Origin: Chthoniobacterales bacterium
Lineage (GTDB): Bacteria > Verrucomicrobiota > Verrucomicrobiia > Chthoniobacterales > Chthoniobacteraceae
NCBI GenBank assembly: GCA_038207335.1
Contig: JBBQZX010000009.1
Span: 32,001 to 96,000, forward strand
Direction: 5' to 3'
DNA length: 64,000 bases
Shown: piece after piece, positions 59,530-64,000 of the stretch
Layout: the number at the start of each line of letters is the position of its first letter
How positions within the stretch are numbered: the stretch's first letter is position 1
Translations under genes and position numbers: made by a program
Notes under the pieces: generated by a model
What the model was told of the DNA's origin: nothing
Database searches by the model: none
What the model saw: the letters and a program-made list of their open reading frames with translations, nothing else

Positions 59530-60429
59530 TCAGCTCGCGTAGAAGCGGCGCGAAACGGCACGGCTGATTGGCCACATCGCGAGCAAAAGGCTCGCGAAGA
59601 TGAGGCCCATGCCGCCGGTGTGAGCGCACCATGCGGCTTGGAGGAAAAGCATCAGCCGGATGAATCGGCCGATTGCAGGCGGGACTGGCACGGTGGGATC
59701 GCGCGTGAGTTTCCATGCGACGAGCGCGCTGAAAAGGAGCGCGAGCGCTAGAATGGCGCGCATGGCGATGGCACCGATGAAGGCATCCGCGGGGCGACCG
59801 ATCCGCTCCCAATTCAGCGTGAAAGCGAGGCCCGCTAGCAGCACGGCGGACGGGAGCCACTTGGCCGCGAATGGGGTTGCACGCTTGGTCTCGAAGCGGG
59901 CGAGATGCGTGATCGCGGCGATGAAAAGGCCCGTGACGATCGCTGCGGTGATCGCTTCGTCGGGGATGATCCGACTCGGCGCGGCGGCTGCGCCGAGGAG
60001 CAGACTGAGCGCGCGGCAGAGGCCCATGTTTAGCGCGCCAATGACTGGCAGGCGCTTGGTCGCGCGGTTGTAAAAAAGGACGCTCGCGACGATGCCGATG
60101 CCGATTTTAAATACCAGTGTCCCAAGCGCCGCACACGCGGTGAGCCCGAGAAAGCAGAGCACGACCACCACCACGGACACGACGCCCGCGTGTGCCGCGC
60201 CGCTCGGGAGCGGACGGCTGGGCCGCTCGGCGCGATCTTCCGCGAGATCGGCGAGGTCGTTGTCGAGGAGGCCGGCGGCGTAAAAGCACAGGCTCGCGGC
60301 GATCACCGGCAGCGCGTCGAGCGTGAGCACGCCGAAATTCGCGAGCAAAAATCCCGCGAGCGGGTCGCCGGGCACCGTGAAGAGATTCGGCGCGCGGAAG
60401 AGTTGGAGCCATGCGCGGAGCTTTTGCAT
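59530..60429 (-). CDS. UbiA-family prenyltransferase (EboC-like)
   Basis: R.PNLFTVPGD.LAG, NDLADLAEDR.ERP.RPLPSG, MGLCR. Confidence 0.85.
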   Translation of the reverse strand: MQKLRAWLQLFRAPNLFTVPGDPLAGFLLANFGVLTLDALPVIAASLCFYAAGLLDNDLADLAEDRAERPSRPLPSGAAHAGVVSVVVVVLCFLGLTACAALGTLVFKIGIGIVASVLFYNRATKRLPVIGALNMGLCRALSLLLGAAAAPSRIIPDEAITAAIVTGLFIAAITHLARFETKRATPFAAKWLPSAVLLAGLAFTLNWERIGRPADAFIGAIAMRAILALALLFSALVAWKLTRDPTVPVPPAIGRFIRLMLFLQAAWCAHTGGMGLIFASLLLAMWPISRAVSRRFYAS

Positions 60430-60474
60430 TTAATTGGTTCGGCGGACGCGCGGCTCACAAGCCGGAGGCTTGCG

Positions 60475-61116
60475 CTACTTCTTCTGCGTCTCGCCGAATT
60501 CCGCCCACAGCTCATCCAGCGGCTTCCCGCACAGTTTCTCGAAAAGCTCGGGCGTGTAGGTCTTGTTTGCGGAGGCGTCGTTCAGCTCGCGGATGATGTC
60601 CTTGTCCTTCTCCGCCTCCAGCCACGTCAGGAACGTCCCGCTGAGATTATACCCCCCCTTGTAGCTGCTCTTCTCATCGAAGCGAAAGTGCCGCACGCCC
60701 GGCTCGAACTTCGCATCGCGCACATACTCCGCGATCGCCTCCGTCAGCCAGCCAGCCCCTCCGTGGGCGTAGTTCTGCACGACGTGTGTGAGCTCGTGGA
60801 TTACCATCCCGTAGTCATTCGGCGCGCGCGCGATCCACTGCGACGCGATGTGGATGCCGTCGCCGCTCGTGTATGCCACGCCCTTCATCGGCGCGAATTT
60901 GAGCCGCACCACATCCGTCGGCAGCTTGTGCTCCGGCCCGTAGAGCATCTCGTTGATCTTCGGATACCACTCCTCGCACAGCGTCTTGGCCTTCGCGGCA
61001 AAAGTCTCGCACTCGGGAGCCTCCGTCGTGTCGGTCTCGACGCGGAAAGCCGGTTCTGCGCGTAGCGCGGCGGTGGAGAGGAGCAGGGTGGCGAGCAGCA
61101 AGGGCGGGAGTTTCAC
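60475..61116 (-). CDS. Basic secretory protein (BSP) family zinc peptidase
   Basis: GVAYT, IHELTHVVQ, WLTEAIAEYVR; GTG 61116. Confidence 0.82.
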   Translation of the reverse strand: MKLPPLLLATLLLSTAALRAEPAFRVETDTTEAPECETFAAKAKTLCEEWYPKINEMLYGPEHKLPTDVVRLKFAPMKGVAYTSGDGIHIASQWIARAPNDYGMVIHELTHVVQNYAHGGAGWLTEAIAEYVRDAKFEPGVRHFRFDEKSSYKGGYNLSGTFLTWLEAEKDKDIIRELNDASANKTYTPELFEKLCGKPLDELWAEFGETQKK

Positions 61117-61223
61117 GGGGCGGATCAAAATCGCGCATAGCGGGAATGTCGCGAGCAAAGTGCGGACGCACGCACAGCTCCGGCATTGTCACCTTTCTCA
61201 AAACCGCGTTCCCTTCCCACGCC

Positions 61224-63977
61224 ATGTCCCCTGCACGCCTCCTCCTCCTCGCACTCTTCATCTCCACCGCCCGTGCCGCCGAGCCCGGCGCCACCCCCGC
61301 CTCCGAAATCACCGCCCCGCCCGGCTTCAAAGTCGAACTCCTCCGTTCAGCCGCCAAAAACGAAGGCTCCTGGGTCAGCATGGCCATCGACACCAAAGGC
61401 CGGCTCTACATTTCCCCGCAGGACGCCATCCCCGAGTCCGGCTTCAAGCGCGAGAGCAAGTGGGGTGGCCTCTGGCGCGCCACCCTCGACACCGCCGGCC
61501 ACATCACCGCCTGGGACAAAGTCCCCGTCCCCGTCGGCGGCGCCATGGGCATGCTCTGGGCCTTCGATTCCCTCTACGTCTCCGGCCAGGGCCCCGACGG
61601 CCAAGCCATCTACCGCCTCCGCGACACCGACGCCGACGACACCCTTGACACCGCCACACTTTTCAAGCGCATCCCCGGCGGCGGCGGCGAACACGGTGCC
61701 CACGCCCTCACCCTCAGCCCCGACGGCCAGTCCATCTACATCACCAATGGCAATGCCACCCCGCTCATCGACGGCATCTCGCCCGACTCCCCCTATCGCA
61801 ATTACGCCGAGGACATCCTCATCCCCCGCGTCATGGACCCCGTCGCCACCTTTTTTGACAAAATCAAAATCCCCTGCGGCCACATCCTCCGCACCGATGA
61901 AAACGGCACGCGGTGGGACCTCATCGCCGGCGGCCTCCGCAACGCCTACGACCTCGACTTCAACGCCGACGGCGAGCTCTTCACCTACGACAGCGACATG
62001 GAGTGGGACGTCGCCCTCCCGTGGTATCGCCCCACGCGCATCCTCCACATCGTCCCCGGCGGCGAATACGGCTTCCGCGAAGGCAACCAGAAGTGGCCCG
62101 AGACCTACGCCGACTCGCTCCCCGCGGCGGTGAATATCGGCCTGGGCTGCCCGACCGGCGCGAAATTCGGCACCCGCTCCACCTTCCCTGCTACTTATAA
62201 AAGCGCGTTCTTCGTGATGGACTGGACCTACGGGCGGCTGCTCGCCATCCACCTCCACGAGAAAGGCGCGAGCTACACTGCCTCCAATCCGCTCGCGAGC
62301 TACACCTCCCCCCGCGGCCCCGAGGCCAGTCAGGACGTGGAGGTCTTCCTCACGGGAAAAGGGATGCCGCTCACCGACATGGAGTTTGGGAAAGATGGGG
62401 CCATGTATCTCACCGTCGGCGGGCGCGGGACGCAGGGGGGGCTGTATCGGGTGAGCTGGGGTGGTGGCGAAGTTGTTAAAGCAGACATTGTTGAGCCCGA
62501 CCCGGTAGATGGAGTTTCGGAAGTCCGCATGGCTCGGGTTGGTCGTCAGATTGAGCACGAACTCGAGGAGGCGCGTGCCTACCGACACGCCCTTGAAACA
62601 GGCCTGACCTTTGCCAACCAAGCAGCGGACAAGATTCGCGCCGCAGAGACTGGCGACCGCTTTACTTACTTTGCCGCTCGGACGCTGGCTGAGAAATTGC
62701 CGCCCGACGACCTCCGCAAGCTCGCTTTGGAGCCCGCGCATGTCGCCGATGCCGGAACCATCGACGGCCCCAACGTGCCCTTGGTAAAGAACGCTCAACG
62801 AGTTCGCGCGCTCGACAGTTTGCAAGGCCTCCTCGCACTCGCGCGTGTCGGGGGGAAGGAGACGCAGGCGGACATTTTGGAAAGTCTCAAGAAGTTCCCC
62901 ATCGACTCCCTCAGCGAAGACCTCCAGCTCCTAAAGCTGCGCGTCCTGAAGGTGAGTTTTGCCCGGCAGGGGCGGCCTTCGCCCGAACTGGTCCAGATGG
63001 CCACGGAAAAGCTCCTCGCCCACTACCCGGCATCCACTTTCTCTCTGAACCGGGAGCTCAGCGAGCTCCTCGTCTGGCTCACCGGGGGCGAAAATGACCT
63101 TTCTCCTGCGAAAACAGGAGCCTCTCTTGCGAAGACAGAGCCCTCCGGCGTGAATGCTCACGGGCTCTTTTTCGCAAAGGCAAGGGGTGAAATCATCGCT
63201 CGCACACTGGATTTGATCGATCAGGCCCCCACCCAGGAAGAGCAAATCTGGTACGCCTGTATGCTCCGCGAGGCGCAGGGGTGGACGCCAGCCCAGCGCG
63301 ACCGCTACTTCGCGTGGTTCTCAAAGGCGGGCGGCTACTTTGGCGGCAATTCCCTCAAAAAATACATCGAGCGCATCCGCGACCAAGGCCTCGCCCACCT
63401 CCCCGCCGAAGCCCGCCCCGCCCTCCTCGCCCTCGCCACGGCACCCGCGCCCGCCCTGCAACCCGCAGCCCCCGCCATCGTCCGCACCTTCCAAAAAGCC
63501 TACACCATGGCCGACCTCGACCCCGACCTCCCGCGCCTACCCACCGGACGCAATCTCGCCCGCGGACGCGAGATTTTCGCCAGCGCCCAATGCCTGGCTT
63601 GCCACCACTTTGGCCAGCAGGGCGGCAACGTCGGCCCCGACCTCAGTGCCGTGGGCTCGCGCTTCCAGCTGCGCGACATCCTCGAGGCGATCGTCGATCC
63701 CTCCAAAGTCATCAGCGACCAATACGCCACCGTCACATTCACCATGAAAGGCGGCGACAGCTACGTCGGCCAAATCGCCAGCGAGAACAACTACAGCTAC
63801 GACGCGATCGTGAACCCCGTCACCGGCGAGCACAAACTCATCGTCAAAACCGCCCTCGAGAAAAAGGAAGTCTCCAAGACCTCCCTCATGCCCCCCGGCC
63901 TCATCAACACCCTCACCCCCGATGAAATCCTGGACCTCCTCGCCTACCTCCAAGCCGGCCCCGCCGCCGCAAAGTAG
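61224..63977 (+). CDS. PVC-type heme-binding membrane-associated dehydrogenase-like protein (beta-propeller + CxxCH)
   Basis: PPGFKVELL, GGEHGAH, G.RNAYD, DSDMEWD, C-terminal CLACH...GPDL...SLMPPGL. Confidence 0.88.
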   Translation: MSPARLLLLALFISTARAAEPGATPASEITAPPGFKVELLRSAAKNEGSWVSMAIDTKGRLYISPQDAIPESGFKRESKWGGLWRATLDTAGHITAWDKVPVPVGGAMGMLWAFDSLYVSGQGPDGQAIYRLRDTDADDTLDTATLFKRIPGGGGEHGAHALTLSPDGQSIYITNGNATPLIDGISPDSPYRNYAEDILIPRVMDPVATFFDKIKIPCGHILRTDENGTRWDLIAGGLRNAYDLDFNADGELFTYDSDMEWDVALPWYRPTRILHIVPGGEYGFREGNQKWPETYADSLPAAVNIGLGCPTGAKFGTRSTFPATYKSAFFVMDWTYGRLLAIHLHEKGASYTASNPLASYTSPRGPEASQDVEVFLTGKGMPLTDMEFGKDGAMYLTVGGRGTQGGLYRVSWGGGEVVKADIVEPDPVDGVSEVRMARVGRQIEHELEEARAYRHALETGLTFANQAADKIRAAETGDRFTYFAARTLAEKLPPDDLRKLALEPAHVADAGTIDGPNVPLVKNAQRVRALDSLQGLLALARVGGKETQADILESLKKFPIDSLSEDLQLLKLRVLKVSFARQGRPSPELVQMATEKLLAHYPASTFSLNRELSELLVWLTGGENDLSPAKTGASLAKTEPSGVNAHGLFFAKARGEIIARTLDLIDQAPTQEEQIWYACMLREAQGWTPAQRDRYFAWFSKAGGYFGGNSLKKYIERIRDQGLAHLPAEARPALLALATAPAPALQPAAPAIVRTFQKAYTMADLDPDLPRLPTGRNLARGREIFASAQCLACHHFGQQGGNVGPDLSAVGSRFQLRDILEAIVDPSKVISDQYATVTFTMKGGDSYVGQIASENNYSYDAIVNPVTGEHKLIVKTALEKKEVSKTSLMPPGLINTLTPDEILDLLAYLQAGPAAAK

Positions 63978-64000
63978 CGCGCACCGACTCGGCGCCTTTC

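Overview
GC-rich bacterial chromosome segment, most likely Verrucomicrobiota (Chthoniobacter/Spartobacteria-like). This is inferred from the LEPR-XLL, DUF1552, PVC heme-binding and CotH/lamin-tail proteins. The backbone is housekeeping: xerD, purC, deaD, yhbY, pgsA-like, der, PBP1A, trmD, livKHMGF, rplU-rpmA, an MBL-fused ATP-dependent ligase, and STAS-PP2C-grpE-dnaJ. Three accessory zones stand out. (1) A ~2.4 kb islet lies between tRNA-Asp and a duplicate of its 3' end, and carries a clipped tdh'-DUF5077-TRIC-'kbl operon piece. (2) A 12.4-21.2 kb locus looks like a polymorphic-toxin system. It contains an atypical LuxR regulator, a 13x21-bp palindromic array, a helical/FN3-like protein, a trimeric-fibre-like protein, a secreted triple N-x-GQ-x-K repeat/TSP3 protein with a C-terminal peptidoglycan amidase, a translationally coupled membrane-anchored immunity candidate, and attC-like hairpins. 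(3) An NB-ARC/TPR (NLR-like) gene lacks an ATG, and its frame is reachable by a -1 slip at C_CCA_AAA from a short upstream ORF remnant. Several REP-like and inverted heptamer repeats are scattered through intergenic DNA. All calls come from reading the sequence and recalled family motifs; no searches were run.
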